In this document: positions 8,524-18,577 of the stretch, one piece after another | How positions within the stretch are numbered: position 1 is the stretch's first letter | Layout of the letters: each line of letters starts with the position of its first letter | Assembly (NCBI GenBank): GCA_020442505.1 | Contig: JAGRJZ010000078.1 | Coordinates: 1 to 26,068, forward strand | DNA: 26,068 nt | From: Alphaproteobacteria bacterium | Lineage (GTDB): Bacteria; Pseudomonadota; Alphaproteobacteria; Micavibrionales; Micavibrionaceae | Direction: 5' to 3' | Made by a program: the position numbers and the translations under genes | The notes under the pieces: generated by a model | What the model was told of the DNA's origin: nothing | Database searches by the model: none | What the model saw: the letters and a program-made list of their open reading frames with translations, nothing else

Positions 8524-11406
8524 ATGGACGATCTTATCGCGGAGTTTCTGACGGAAACGAACGAATCGCTCGGTGATCTGGACACGGATCTCGTTAATTT
8601 GGAGCAAAATCCGAATGACATGGATCTGTTGTCGAAAATCTTTCGCCTTGTTCATACAATCAAGGGAACATGCGGTTTTTTGGGGCTTCCTCGACTTGAG
8701 GGGGTCGCGCACAAAGGGGAAGACGTTCTGGGGCTGTTTCGGGACGGGACGCTCCAGGTCACACCGGAGTATGTAACTCTGATTTTCGAGTGCCTGGATT
8801 GCATCAAGGAAATCATCAGCGGGATCGAAGAGACCGGATCCGAGCCGGCGGGGGACGATTCCGCACTGATCAGCCGGTTGGAAGCTGTTTACAACAGTGC
8901 CAACGGCAAGGAGCCCTCTCCGCAGGAAGCGCTGGACGCCCTTGTCAGGCAGGCCCGCGAGAACGTGGCGAAAGAAGCCGCAGAAAATACAAGCGTTTCG
9001 GAAGATGTCACGAGCGAGGACGAGGGCGAGGACGATTCGGAAGACGAAGAGGCGGACGAGGGAGATAGCGAAGGGGTTTCCTTGGATGAACTGGAAGCAG
9101 CTTTCCTAGCGGCGCCGGGACCCGAAGATATGGCTCCCTCTGCCCCTCAGGAACCGGCGCCCGTTGCGGTTGAAAAACCAGTCGTTTCCAAAACGAAACA
9201 GCCGCAAGAGCCTGCGGCGACAAAAGAAAGCGGCGTCGCGGCTCAATCGTTAAGGGTCAACGTGGACGTGCTGGAAAACCTGATGACGATGGTCAGCGAG
9301 CTTGTTTTGACCCGCAACCAGCTATTGCAGATTCTTCGTTCCCAGAAAGAGAGCGAATTTTCTGCGCCCTTGCAGCGTCTAAACCATGTTGTGTCCGATT
9401 TGCAGGAAGGGGTCATGAAAACCCGCATGCAGCCGATCGGCAATGCGTGGGCTAAATTGCCCCGGATTATCCGCGACATCAGCATCGATCTGAACAAAAA
9501 GATCGACCTGGATATGCGCGGCAAGGAGACCGAGCTGGATCGCCAAGTGCTTGAGCTTATCAAGGATCCGCTGACACACATGGTTCGTAATTCGGCGGAC
9601 CACGGGATCGAAACGCCGACCGAACGCGTGGCGGCCGGTAAGCCGGAAACCGGAAAATTGATCCTGAATGCCTATCATGAAGGCGGTCATATTATCATTG
9701 AGATTTCTGACGATGGTAAAGGTTTGAATACACAGAAGATCCGGGAAAAGGTTCTGGCAAACGGTCTGGCCACGGAAGAAGAGCTGGCCGATATGTCGAT
9801 TCAGCAAATTCAGCAATTTATCTTCAAGCCCGGTTTTTCGACGGCCGACAAAGTGACGGCCGTTTCCGGTCGCGGAGTCGGAATGGATGTCGTTCGAACG
9901 AATATCGAAAAGATTGGCGGTTCGATCGAGCTGAAGTCGACGGAAGGGAAGGGGTCTCGTTTCTTGATCAAGATTCCTCTGACCTTGGCAATCGTATCGG
10001 CCTTGATCGTCGAATCGGCCGGGGAGCGTTTTGCCATCCCGCAATTGGCCGTGCGAGAGCTTGTGATGGCCTCGACCGAAGGAGAAAACCGGATTGAAAC
10101 AATCAAGGGGACGCCGGTCTTCCGGTTGCGCGATCATCTGTTACCTCTGGTTTCGCTGCAGGAGCTCTTAAAAATTACGCCGCCGGAACCGGCGCCTGTG
10201 GTGGAAGCTGTCCCGACTTTGACCGAACAAGACATGGGAGAGGTCGAAACGCAAGCGCATGTCGACATGGATTCTTTTCTGGAGGATCTGGAAGACGACG
10301 AAGAAAGCACATCTCAAAACGACTATATCGTTGTCGCGCAAGTTGGCGCCTATATGTTCGGGATTATCGTCGACCGGGTTTTCGACACGGAAGAAATCGT
10401 TGTTAAGCCCGTTGCCGGGATTTTACGAGACATTGATATGTTCTCCGGCAACACGATTTTGGGAGACGGCAGCGTGATTATGATTCTCGACCCGGCCGGG
10501 ATCGCAAAATGTACGGGGGAAATCGATTCGTCGGATACGATGGATGTTAAGGAAGAGGATCTCCGGAAGCACGAATCCTCGCGTGAAAAAACATCGTTGT
10601 TGCTTTTTGCCGCCGGGGACGAAACGCCCAAGACTGTCCCGCTTGAACTTGTTTCCCGGCTAGAGGAAGTTGATATGGGCGCGATCGAAACTGCCAACGG
10701 TCATATGGTCGTTCAATATCGCGGCAAACTGATGCCTCTGGTCCCGTTCGATTCTCGCGTCCACGTTGAAGGAGAAAAACGTAAACCGGTTCTTGTTTTT
10801 TCGGACGACAACCACTCGATGGGGCTTGTCGTTGATCGTATCATCGATATTCTTGACGAATATATTGATGTTCAGATGGAAGGTGGCCAGGGTATCGTCG
10901 GGAGTGCTATCATCAACGAGAAATCAACGGATGTTGTGGATGTAGGTTATTATTTACGTCAGGTTAACCCAAACTGGTTTAAAAATCACGGTGATGAACC
11001 GTTCGAGAAAGGCGGTACAGCGGGGGCTCCTGGAAAACGTGTTTTGCTGGTAGAAGACAGCCCGTTTTTTCGCAATATGCTGTCGCCGATTCTGAAGGTT
11101 GCAGGGTACCGGGTTACGACGGCCGAAAGCGCGGTCAAGGCGTTAAAGCTATGCGAAGATGGAAAAATGTTCGATCTGATCATCAGCGATATCGAGATGC
11201 CTGAAATGAGCGGCTTTGAGTTCGCTGAAAAAGTTCGGGCCACCGAAAAATGGCAAGATACGCCTATGATAGCGCTGTCTTCGCACACAACGCCCCAAGA
11301 TATGGATCGGGGGATGCAGGCCGGGTTCAGCAAATATGTCGCAAAATTCGATCGGGACACGTTGCTGGATACGCTCTCGCAAACCTTGTCCGAATACGCA
11401 GCATAA
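8524..11406 (+). CDS. cheA: Hybrid chemotaxis kinase CheA (Hpt, dimerisation, HATPase, two CheW-like domains, C-terminal receiver)
   Basis: IFRLVHTIKGTCGFLGL (Hpt), LTHMVRNSADHGIE, GFST..VSGRGVGMDVV, two P5 segments, REC domain LIISDIEMP. RBS ggggag precedes ATG 8524. Confidence 0.95.
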   Translation: MDDLIAEFLTETNESLGDLDTDLVNLEQNPNDMDLLSKIFRLVHTIKGTCGFLGLPRLEGVAHKGEDVLGLFRDGTLQVTPEYVTLIFECLDCIKEIISGIEETGSEPAGDDSALISRLEAVYNSANGKEPSPQEALDALVRQARENVAKEAAENTSVSEDVTSEDEGEDDSEDEEADEGDSEGVSLDELEAAFLAAPGPEDMAPSAPQEPAPVAVEKPVVSKTKQPQEPAATKESGVAAQSLRVNVDVLENLMTMVSELVLTRNQLLQILRSQKESEFSAPLQRLNHVVSDLQEGVMKTRMQPIGNAWAKLPRIIRDISIDLNKKIDLDMRGKETELDRQVLELIKDPLTHMVRNSADHGIETPTERVAAGKPETGKLILNAYHEGGHIIIEISDDGKGLNTQKIREKVLANGLATEEELADMSIQQIQQFIFKPGFSTADKVTAVSGRGVGMDVVRTNIEKIGGSIELKSTEGKGSRFLIKIPLTLAIVSALIVESAGERFAIPQLAVRELVMASTEGENRIETIKGTPVFRLRDHLLPLVSLQELLKITPPEPAPVVEAVPTLTEQDMGEVETQAHVDMDSFLEDLEDDEESTSQNDYIVVAQVGAYMFGIIVDRVFDTEEIVVKPVAGILRDIDMFSGNTILGDGSVIMILDPAGIAKCTGEIDSSDTMDVKEEDLRKHESSREKTSLLLFAAGDETPKTVPLELVSRLEEVDMGAIETANGHMVVQYRGKLMPLVPFDSRVHVEGEKRKPVLVFSDDNHSMGLVVDRIIDILDEYIDVQMEGGQGIVGSAIINEKSTDVVDVGYYLRQVNPNWFKNHGDEPFEKGGTAGAPGKRVLLVEDSPFFRNMLSPILKVAGYRVTTAESAVKALKLCEDGKMFDLIISDIEMPEMSGFEFAEKVRATEKWQDTPMIALSSHTTPQDMDRGMQAGFSKYVAKFDRDTLLDTLSQTLSEYAA

Positions 11407-11418
11407 GGGGAGGAAAAC

Positions 11419-11907
11419 ATGACGCAAAAGGCAGAAGCGAGACGGGACAGATCCGCCAAGACGGCTGAAGAGTTAGGCCCTTCGGAGGATTATCTGACCG
11501 TGATGATCGCGGGACAGATGTTTGGAATACCGGTCCTCCAGGTTCAGGATGTACTGGGCCAGCAAAAAGTGACCCGTATTCCTCTGGCCCCGGCCGAGGT
11601 TGCCGGATCCCTGAATCTGCGTGGCCGGATTGTAACCGCGATTGACGTTCGCCGGCGTCTGGGGATGGATCCTGATGCAGAAAAGCACAAAGAAATGAGT
11701 GTCGTCGTCGAACACGAAAACGAGTTGTATAGTTTGGTGATTGACGATGTGGGCGATGTTCTGACGCTTTATAATAAGGATTTCGACGCGAATCCGGCAA
11801 CGCTGGACCCTGTCTGGCGCGAGATTTCGATGGGGATATATCGCCTGAAAGACAGACTTTTGGTTGTTCTGGATGTCCCTAAATTGTTGAATACCGTCCA
11901 TCTGTGA
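11419..11907 (+). CDS. cheW: Chemotaxis coupling protein CheW
   Basis: FGIPVLQVQDVL, TRIPLAP, GSLNLRGRIVT; RBS ggagga. Confidence 0.95.
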   Translation: MTQKAEARRDRSAKTAEELGPSEDYLTVMIAGQMFGIPVLQVQDVLGQQKVTRIPLAPAEVAGSLNLRGRIVTAIDVRRRLGMDPDAEKHKEMSVVVEHENELYSLVIDDVGDVLTLYNKDFDANPATLDPVWREISMGIYRLKDRLLVVLDVPKLLNTVHL

Positions 11908-11930
11908 AAGAGGTTGATGAAGGAAAAATC

Positions 11931-12296
11931 ATGAAAACATGTCTGATTGTTGATGACAGCCGCGTTGTTCGCAAGGTCGCGCGCCGGATTGTTGAGGATC
12001 TGGGGCTTCAATGCGATGAAGCCGAAGACGGACAGAAGGCTTACGAGGCGTGTGAAAAAACCATGCCTGACGCGGTGTTGCTGGATTGGAACATGCCGGT
12101 GATGAGTGGCATTGAGTTTCTTGAAAAGCTCCGCCAGATGCCGGGAGGAACGGCGCCGAAGGTTGTGTTTTGTACAACTGAAAATGATCTGGCGCATATT
12201 ACTCGGGCGGTTCAGGCCGGCGCGGATGAGTACATTATGAAACCTTTCGACAGCGATATCATTCGGGACAAATTTTCCCAAGTCGGCATTATATAG
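11931..12296 (+). CDS. cheY: Chemotaxis response regulator CheY
   Basis: Single REC domain: LIVDDS, LLDWNMP, CTTEN, KPF. RBS aagga precedes ATG 11931. Confidence 0.93.
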   Translation: MKTCLIVDDSRVVRKVARRIVEDLGLQCDEAEDGQKAYEACEKTMPDAVLLDWNMPVMSGIEFLEKLRQMPGGTAPKVVFCTTENDLAHITRAVQAGADEYIMKPFDSDIIRDKFSQVGII

Positions 12297-12327
12297 AAAA
12301 AACAAGCAAGAAAGGTACGCGGCGGGA

Positions 12328-13467
12328 ATGGTGCTTTCTCCGGGGGATTCGAAAATCAAGGTTATGCTGGTGGATGATTCAGCCGTCATCAGGGGGCTGA
12401 TTTCGCGTGCGCTGGAAAAAGATCCAGATGTTCACATCGCAGCGTCGGTCCATAACGGTCAAGCCGCCGTTGACGCGATTGAACGGATTGCTCCGGACGT
12501 TGTGCTTCTCGACATTGAGATGCCGGTGATGGACGGTCTGAGCGCCTTGCCGCTGTTGCTCCAGAAAAAACCAGGGGTCAAGGTTTTAATGTGTTCGACT
12601 CTCAGCAAGCAGGGCGCGACTGTGACCATGCGCGCGCTGGAACTGGGCGCAACGGACTACATTACCAAGCCGACGGCGCGGGAGCTCAGCAGCGCGGAAG
12701 ATTTTCAAACCGAGTTGGTGCGTTTGGTGCGGGCACTAGGCGGGAAGCCCGCCTTTCGGTCCGTGGCGTTGCCGCCGGGGGGGGCTTCCGCGGGGGCGCC
12801 GGCGCCTGCTGGTCGGAACACGACGGGGACAACGTCCCAGCTTTTTCGAGGCGCGGATGTCAAATTACGCAACGATTCGATGGCTTATAAAGGTAAGCCT
12901 GATATTCTTGCCATTGGTAGTTCGACCGGCGGACCGCAAGCGTTGTTCGAGGTCATCAAAAGCTTTCAAGCTTTTGATATCCCTATCGTTATCACTCAGC
13001 ATATGCCCAAAACCTTTACGCATATTCTGGCCCAGCATATTCAGCAACATTGCGGAATTACCTGTCACGAAGGGGCGCAGGGAATGGCCCTGGAAAAAGG
13101 AAACGCTTATGTCGCGCCGGGCGGATTTCACATGCTGTTTAGAAAAGATGGATTGAAGGTTACGATTGATTTGAACGACGGACCGCAGGAAAACTTCTGT
13201 AAACCTGCTGTTGATCCGATGATGCGGAGTCTGATCGAGATTTACGGTTCCAAAATCCTGGCAGTTATTCTGACGGGCATGGGATATGACGGCCAGAAGG
13301 GATGCGCCGCGCTGGTCGAACGGGGCGGGCGCGTTGTTGCCCAAGATGAGGAAACGAGCGTCGTGTGGGGTATGCCCGGGGCTGTCGCGACAACGGGCTT
13401 GTGCTCCGCCGTTTTACCGCTTAAGGATATCGGGCCGTGGGTCCGACGTTCCGTAATGGGCGTGTGA
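12328..13467 (+). CDS. cheB: Chemotaxis methylesterase CheB (REC + methylesterase)
   Basis: REC LLDIEMP; catalytic motifs GSSTGGP, TQHMP and GMGYDG. Confidence 0.95.
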   Translation: MVLSPGDSKIKVMLVDDSAVIRGLISRALEKDPDVHIAASVHNGQAAVDAIERIAPDVVLLDIEMPVMDGLSALPLLLQKKPGVKVLMCSTLSKQGATVTMRALELGATDYITKPTARELSSAEDFQTELVRLVRALGGKPAFRSVALPPGGASAGAPAPAGRNTTGTTSQLFRGADVKLRNDSMAYKGKPDILAIGSSTGGPQALFEVIKSFQAFDIPIVITQHMPKTFTHILAQHIQQHCGITCHEGAQGMALEKGNAYVAPGGFHMLFRKDGLKVTIDLNDGPQENFCKPAVDPMMRSLIEIYGSKILAVILTGMGYDGQKGCAALVERGGRVVAQDEETSVVWGMPGAVATTGLCSAVLPLKDIGPWVRRSVMGV

Positions 13468-13494
13468 TAGGGGATAGAGGAAGAAGAGAATCCA

Positions 13495-14346
13495 ATGCAT
13501 ATTCGTGATTTTGATTTTTATAAGGATTTTTTATACAAAAAATCGGGTCTCAGTTTGACCTCCGATAAGTCTTATCTTCTCGATTCCCGTCTGACTCCGA
13601 TTGCCCGCCAGTTTGGATATGCGTCGTTGGACGCTATGACGACGACGTTACGGGCGGTTCCTCCCCAGGATCTTGTCAAGGCCGTCGTCGAGGCCATGAC
13701 GACGAACGAAACGTCTTTTTTCCGGGATAGCAAACCGTTTGATACCTTCCGGGATACGGTTTTGCCCTATCTTTTGAAAAAGCGGGCGACAACGAAGCGC
13801 CTGCGGATCTGGTCGGCGGCTTGTTCCAGTGGCCAGGAAGCGTATTCCCTTGCCATGCTTCTGAAGGAAAAAGCTAACCTCACCGCTGGCTGGACGATCG
13901 AGATCATGGGGACGGATATCTCCGAGGACATTGTTGCCCAGGCGCAAAAGGCCGAATACTCCCAGTTTGAGGTTCAGCGTGGCTTGCCGATTATGCTGCT
14001 GATGAAATATTTCACCCAGGTCGGCGACCGGTGGCAATTGCGCGACGATATCAAGAGCATGGTCAAGTTCAAGTATTTTAACCTGTTGGATAATATGGCG
14101 GCTCTTGGCACGTTCGATATCATTTTTTGTCGGAACGTTCTGATTTATTTTGATCCGCCCTTGAAAAAACAGGTGTTCGAGGGCATGGCCCGGCAGCTTT
14201 CCGACGATGGGTTCCTGTTCCTCGGGGGGGCCGAGACCATTATGGGTTTTACAGAAACATTCAAGCCGCTGGGTCAATATCGGGGGTTATACGGTCTGAC
14301 CAAGACGGAATATGACCAGGAATCGCTTGCGCAAACGGGCTCATAG
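13495..14346 (+). CDS. cheR: Chemotaxis methyltransferase CheR
   Basis: [38 protein letters not shown]. Confidence 0.95.
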   Translation: MHIRDFDFYKDFLYKKSGLSLTSDKSYLLDSRLTPIARQFGYASLDAMTTTLRAVPPQDLVKAVVEAMTTNETSFFRDSKPFDTFRDTVLPYLLKKRATTKRLRIWSAACSSGQEAYSLAMLLKEKANLTAGWTIEIMGTDISEDIVAQAQKAEYSQFEVQRGLPIMLLMKYFTQVGDRWQLRDDIKSMVKFKYFNLLDNMAALGTFDIIFCRNVLIYFDPPLKKQVFEGMARQLSDDGFLFLGGAETIMGFTETFKPLGQYRGLYGLTKTEYDQESLAQTGS

Positions 14347-14389
14347 GATTACAACAGGCCATCTTTCAACAGCTTTTAAAGGATGCGCC

Positions 14390-16024
14390 ATGAGTTCTGC
14401 TCTTGCTTCTGACACCCGTTCCGATTCCCGTACTATTCGTGATCCGCGTGCCGTGCCGATCAAACGGGCTCTGCTTTCCGTCTCGGACAAAGAGGGTCTT
14501 GCCGATTTCGCGCAAACCTTGGCCGATCGCGGGGTTGAGATTCTTTCGACCGGCGGGACGGCGCGTATCTTGAAAGATGCCGGGATCGCGGTGCAGGACG
14601 TGTCCGATTACACCGGCTTTCCAGAAATTATGGACGGCCGGGTCAAGACCCTTCATCCGAAGGTCCATGGCGGGATTTTGGCCCGCAGGGACAAGGAAGA
14701 CCACAAGGCTGCGATGGCGGAGAACGATATCGGCGCGATCGATATGCTGGTGGTGAATCTCTATCCGTTTGCGGCCGTGGTGCAGGACGGCGCGGATTTC
14801 GACATGGCGATCGAAAACATCGACATTGGCGGTCCTGCAATGGTTCGTGCCGCAGCCAAAAACCACGAATTCGTGACCATTGTCACAGATCCGCAGGACT
14901 ATGATGCCGTGTTGAAGGATATGGACGCCCATGACGGCGCGACGAGTCATGCGCTCCGCAAGCGTTTAGCTGCGAATGCTTATGCTCTGACGGCGACTTA
15001 CGATGCGACGATTTCAAGCTGGTTTGCCGCGCAAGTCGACCGGGAGGCCTTTCCCCGTCGGATCAGCTTTTCCGGAACGCTGCAAGAGGTCCTGCGCTAC
15101 GGAGAAAATCCCCACCAGCAGGCCGCGCTTTACCTGGACGGCACTGTGCGTCCGGGCGTGGCAACGGCCAGCCAGCTGCAGGGAAAAGCGTTGTCGTATA
15201 ATAATCTGAATGACGCGGACGCTGCGTTCGAGCTGGTCGCGGAATTCGACGCGCCCGCCGTGGCGATCATCAAGCATGCCAATCCCTGTGGCGTGGCTAT
15301 CGGGCCGGATTGTCTGGAAGCCTACCGATTGGCGTTGCGCTGCGATCCGGTCAGCGCCTTTGGCGGGATTATCGCCCTGAACCGTCTCTTGGACCGCGAA
15401 ACGGCGGAGGAGATCATCAAGATCATGAGCGAGGTCATCATCGCGCCGGCGGTAGAAAACGCGGCGCTGGAGGTTTTGGCTACGAAAAAGAATCTGCGCG
15501 TTCTGACGACCGGGGCAATGCCCGATCCGGCCGCGCCACGCAGGCAGGCCCGCATGATTGCGGGCGGCTTGCTTGTACAGGACACGGATAACGGCGTTAT
15601 CACATCGGATAGGATGAGGGTCGTAACCGAGCGCGAGCCGACCGACTCTGAAAAGCAGGATATGCTCTTTGCCTTTAAGGTGTGCAAACACGTTAAATCC
15701 AACGCTATCGTCTATGTGAAGGACCAGGCAACAGTCGGGATTGGCGCTGGCCAGATGAGCCGGGTGGACTCTTCCCGTATCGCGGCGCATAAGGCGCAGG
15801 AGGCGGCGAAGGCCGCCGGTATAGACCGCTCTCTGGCTAGCGGATCTGTCGTCGCGTCCGATGCGTTCTTTCCCTTTCCGGACGGGTTGATAGCCGCCGC
15901 GGAAGCGGGCGCTACGGCCGTGATCCAGCCAGGCGGTTCCATCCGTGATGAGGACGTCATCGCCGCCGCGGACGAGCGCGGTCTGGCCATGGTGTTTACC
16001 GACATGCGGCACTTCCGCCACTGA
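14390..16024 (+). CDS. purH: Bifunctional AICAR transformylase / IMP cyclohydrolase
   Basis: [62 protein letters not shown] aaagga precedes ATG 14390. Confidence 0.97.
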   Translation: MSSALASDTRSDSRTIRDPRAVPIKRALLSVSDKEGLADFAQTLADRGVEILSTGGTARILKDAGIAVQDVSDYTGFPEIMDGRVKTLHPKVHGGILARRDKEDHKAAMAENDIGAIDMLVVNLYPFAAVVQDGADFDMAIENIDIGGPAMVRAAAKNHEFVTIVTDPQDYDAVLKDMDAHDGATSHALRKRLAANAYALTATYDATISSWFAAQVDREAFPRRISFSGTLQEVLRYGENPHQQAALYLDGTVRPGVATASQLQGKALSYNNLNDADAAFELVAEFDAPAVAIIKHANPCGVAIGPDCLEAYRLALRCDPVSAFGGIIALNRLLDRETAEEIIKIMSEVIIAPAVENAALEVLATKKNLRVLTTGAMPDPAAPRRQARMIAGGLLVQDTDNGVITSDRMRVVTEREPTDSEKQDMLFAFKVCKHVKSNAIVYVKDQATVGIGAGQMSRVDSSRIAAHKAQEAAKAAGIDRSLASGSVVASDAFFPFPDGLIAAAEAGATAVIQPGGSIRDEDVIAAADERGLAMVFTDMRHFRH

Positions 16025-16055
16025 TGGCGGCAGGCAAAGGGTCTTGGGGGCGCTC

Positions 16056-17177
16056 TTATTTCCCCCCCGTCGCAGGTTTCAGCTCGCTTAACGGAAGGTA
16101 GGGAACAACGCCGCCGCCTTGGCCGTTCTCGTCGAGAATAATTTTTTGCGCGTTTTTCAAAACGTCTTCCATGGTTTCGATATACATACGCTCCCGCGTG
16201 ACGTCTTTCCCGCTCAGATAGGCTTCGTATACCGCGTTGAAACGTTCGGCGTCCCCGGTTGCCCGGGCGATGGTGGATTGTTTATACGCCTCGGCGTCCT
16301 GTTTCATTTTAATGGCCTGTCCCCGGGCCTTGGGCAGGATGTCGTTGCGATATTGTTCGGCCTTGTTCTGGACGCTTTCAGCATCCTGCTTGGCCGATTG
16401 CATATCCTGGAAGGCTTCTTGGACATGCGGGTGGACCACGGCATTTTTCACCAGAAACTGGGAAATATTGATCCCGGATTGATATTCGTCGAGATTCCGG
16501 ACCAGGATCTTTTGCGCGGCATCGGCGACTTTTACCCGCTCCTGCGTGATGATCTGGGACATCGGAGTCTGACCGACGACTTCGCGGATCGCGCTTTCCG
16601 CGACTTTTTTAATCGTGGATTCGGGATCTTCGATGTTGAACAAATAATCCTCGGCAGATTTAATATTCCAGCGCACCACCATGTCGATATCGACGATGTT
16701 CAGGTCCGAGGTCAGCATCAGGCTTTCTGCCGGTACGTCCCGGGTGCCGGAGGTCCCGCGTCCGGCATAGGCGGCAAATCCGATTCCCATCTCGCGGACC
16801 GTAGTGACGTTGACCTTTGAGACGGTTTCGATCGGCCAGGGCGCGTGATAGCCCAGCCCCGGGGTGGTTTGGGTGCGTTCCCATGCACCAAAGCGCTGGA
16901 TGACGGCATGTTCCTCGGGCGTGACGGTGTAAAAACCGCTAGCAAGCCAGAGCGTAGCTGCAGCCAAAACAAATAGAGTTAGCACTTTGCCGCCGCCGAT
17001 TCCTCCCGGCATGACGTCGCGCAGGTTTTCCTGCGCCCGGCGGAGCATTTCGTCCAGGTCGGGCGGCACGTCTTTTCCACCGCCGCCCGATCCGCCGGGA
17101 CTGCTTCCCCAAGGGCCTTTGCCGTTTTCGCCACGATCTCCGCGGCCCCAGGGGTTTTTATTGTCGTTCTCGGGCAT
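16056..17177 (-). CDS. hflK: FtsH protease activity modulator HflK
   Basis: N-terminal [18 protein letters not shown], a single TM segment, SPFH domain ([23 protein letters not shown]) and C-terminal [10 protein letters not shown]. Confidence 0.92.
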   Translation of the reverse strand: MPENDNKNPWGRGDRGENGKGPWGSSPGGSGGGGKDVPPDLDEMLRRAQENLRDVMPGGIGGGKVLTLFVLAAATLWLASGFYTVTPEEHAVIQRFGAWERTQTTPGLGYHAPWPIETVSKVNVTTVREMGIGFAAYAGRGTSGTRDVPAESLMLTSDLNIVDIDMVVRWNIKSAEDYLFNIEDPESTIKKVAESAIREVVGQTPMSQIITQERVKVADAAQKILVRNLDEYQSGINISQFLVKNAVVHPHVQEAFQDMQSAKQDAESVQNKAEQYRNDILPKARGQAIKMKQDAEAYKQSTIARATGDAERFNAVYEAYLSGKDVTRERMYIETMEDVLKNAQKIILDENGQGGGVVPYLPLSELKPATGGK

Positions 17178-17337
17178 ATGCTTTCCTTTTTTAGTCCCGT
17201 GTAATTGAGAGGATCAGGCTACATGAAATCAAGCCGCCGGGTCTAGAGAAAATTTAAGAGGCGAGGTATTGTATCATGCGTGACACAGGTAAGAGGTCCC
17301 GTACCTGATGCGAGGCCTCTTCGTCGGAGGTTCCTGC

Positions 17338-17365
17338 TTGACGCCACAGCTGGAGTGTTTAGTGT
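17338..17365 (+). promoter_or_regulatory. Possible sigma70-type promoter for mrp
   Basis: TTGACG-N16-TAGTGT in the hflK/mrp divergent intergenic region; motif match only. Confidence 0.3.
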
Positions 17366-17491
17366 TAACCCGAAGGGGGCGGTAAATTCTTACATCTGAT
17401 CATGAAAATGTGACATGCGCGGAATCGATAGAATTGGTACGCCCCGACCTTAAATTGCGTTGTCTCTTTCGTAAGATTGGAAGGCAAGTCC

Positions 17492-18559
17492 ATGTTCGAT
17501 TCTCTGAAGAAAAAGGTCCAAAAGACCCTCGACTCCGTGGTCGATCCGGCGGAGGCACGCGTGGAAGGCGTGAGCGTAAAGCAAGGGATTGTGACCTTTG
17601 CGCTCGCGGTCGATCCGGCGCGGGGGGGCGAGATGGAGCCCCTGCGCGCCAAAGCCGAAAGCGCGGTTGCCGCTTTGCCGGGGGTTGAAAAAGTCACGGC
17701 GGTTTTAACGGCGGAAACCGTGGGGGAAGAGACCGGTGGATCGCCGCTCGTTCATCGGGCCCCAAAGGCCGTGGTCGCGGTAGCCTCCGGGAAGGGGGGG
17801 GTCGGGAAATCGACCGTAGCGGCGAATATGGCTGTGGCCCTTGCGCAGGCGGGGCAGGCCGTCGGCCTGATGGATGCCGACGTTTTCGGGCCGTCCGTGC
17901 CGCGTTTGATGGGTGTGGAAGGGGCCCGCCCCGGCGTGGCGGAGGATAACAGGATGATTCCGCCGGAGGCGCACGGCGTCAAGCTGATGTCCATGGGGTT
18001 CCTCGTACCCCCGGGCAAGGCGGTCGTCTGGCGCGGCGCGATGGTGCACAAGGGGATTTTGCAAATGTTTTCCAATACGGTCTGGGGGGATCTTGATGTT
18101 TTGCTGATTGATATGCCGCCCGGGACGGGAGACGCGCAACTGACCGTCGCGCAAAATATCCCGCTTTCCGGGGCGGTGGTCGTCTCCACGCCGCAGGATC
18201 TGGCCCTCTTGGACGCACGCAAGGCCATCGAGATGTTTGCCCGGGTCGATGTGTCGGTGCTCGGGATCGTTGAGAATATGAGCTTCCATATTTGTGCCGC
18301 TTGCGGGCACGAGGATCACATCTTTAGCCACGGCGGGGCGGCCGAAGAGGCAAAGAAACAAAACGTTTCGTTTTTAGGTGAGATCCCTCTTCGCAAAGAC
18401 ATTCGTGAAAGCGCCGATTCCGGAACGCCGCTTGCCGCAGCGGATCAGGAGGGCGATCAGGCAAAACGTTATGCGTTGATCGCGGACCGGTTGATGGCCG
18501 CGCTTCGTTCCGATGCGGCGGGAAAATCCTGCCGTGCGGAAACATGCGGATGCCACTGA
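17492..18559 (+). CDS. mrp: Mrp/NBP35 (ApbC) iron-sulfur cluster carrier ATPase
   Basis: Deviant Walker A SGKGGVGKST, DADVFGPSVP, MSMGF, VWRG, DMPPGTGD, VSTPQ, ENMSFHICAACG. Confidence 0.93.
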   Translation: MFDSLKKKVQKTLDSVVDPAEARVEGVSVKQGIVTFALAVDPARGGEMEPLRAKAESAVAALPGVEKVTAVLTAETVGEETGGSPLVHRAPKAVVAVASGKGGVGKSTVAANMAVALAQAGQAVGLMDADVFGPSVPRLMGVEGARPGVAEDNRMIPPEAHGVKLMSMGFLVPPGKAVVWRGAMVHKGILQMFSNTVWGDLDVLLIDMPPGTGDAQLTVAQNIPLSGAVVVSTPQDLALLDARKAIEMFARVDVSVLGIVENMSFHICAACGHEDHIFSHGGAAEEAKKQNVSFLGEIPLRKDIRESADSGTPLAAADQEGDQAKRYALIADRLMAALRSDAAGKSCRAETCGCH

Positions 18560-18577
18560 ATTTTCTTGTAAAAAGCA

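Noticed and set aside
9379-10137. 252-aa antisense ORF inside cheA (and similar ones opposite cheB, cheR, hflK, mrp)
   Set aside because: Shadow ORFs with no domain signal, fully nested in well-supported genes.
15014-16021. 335-aa antisense ORF opposite purH
   Set aside because: Shadow frame of a conserved GC-rich gene; no recognisable motifs.
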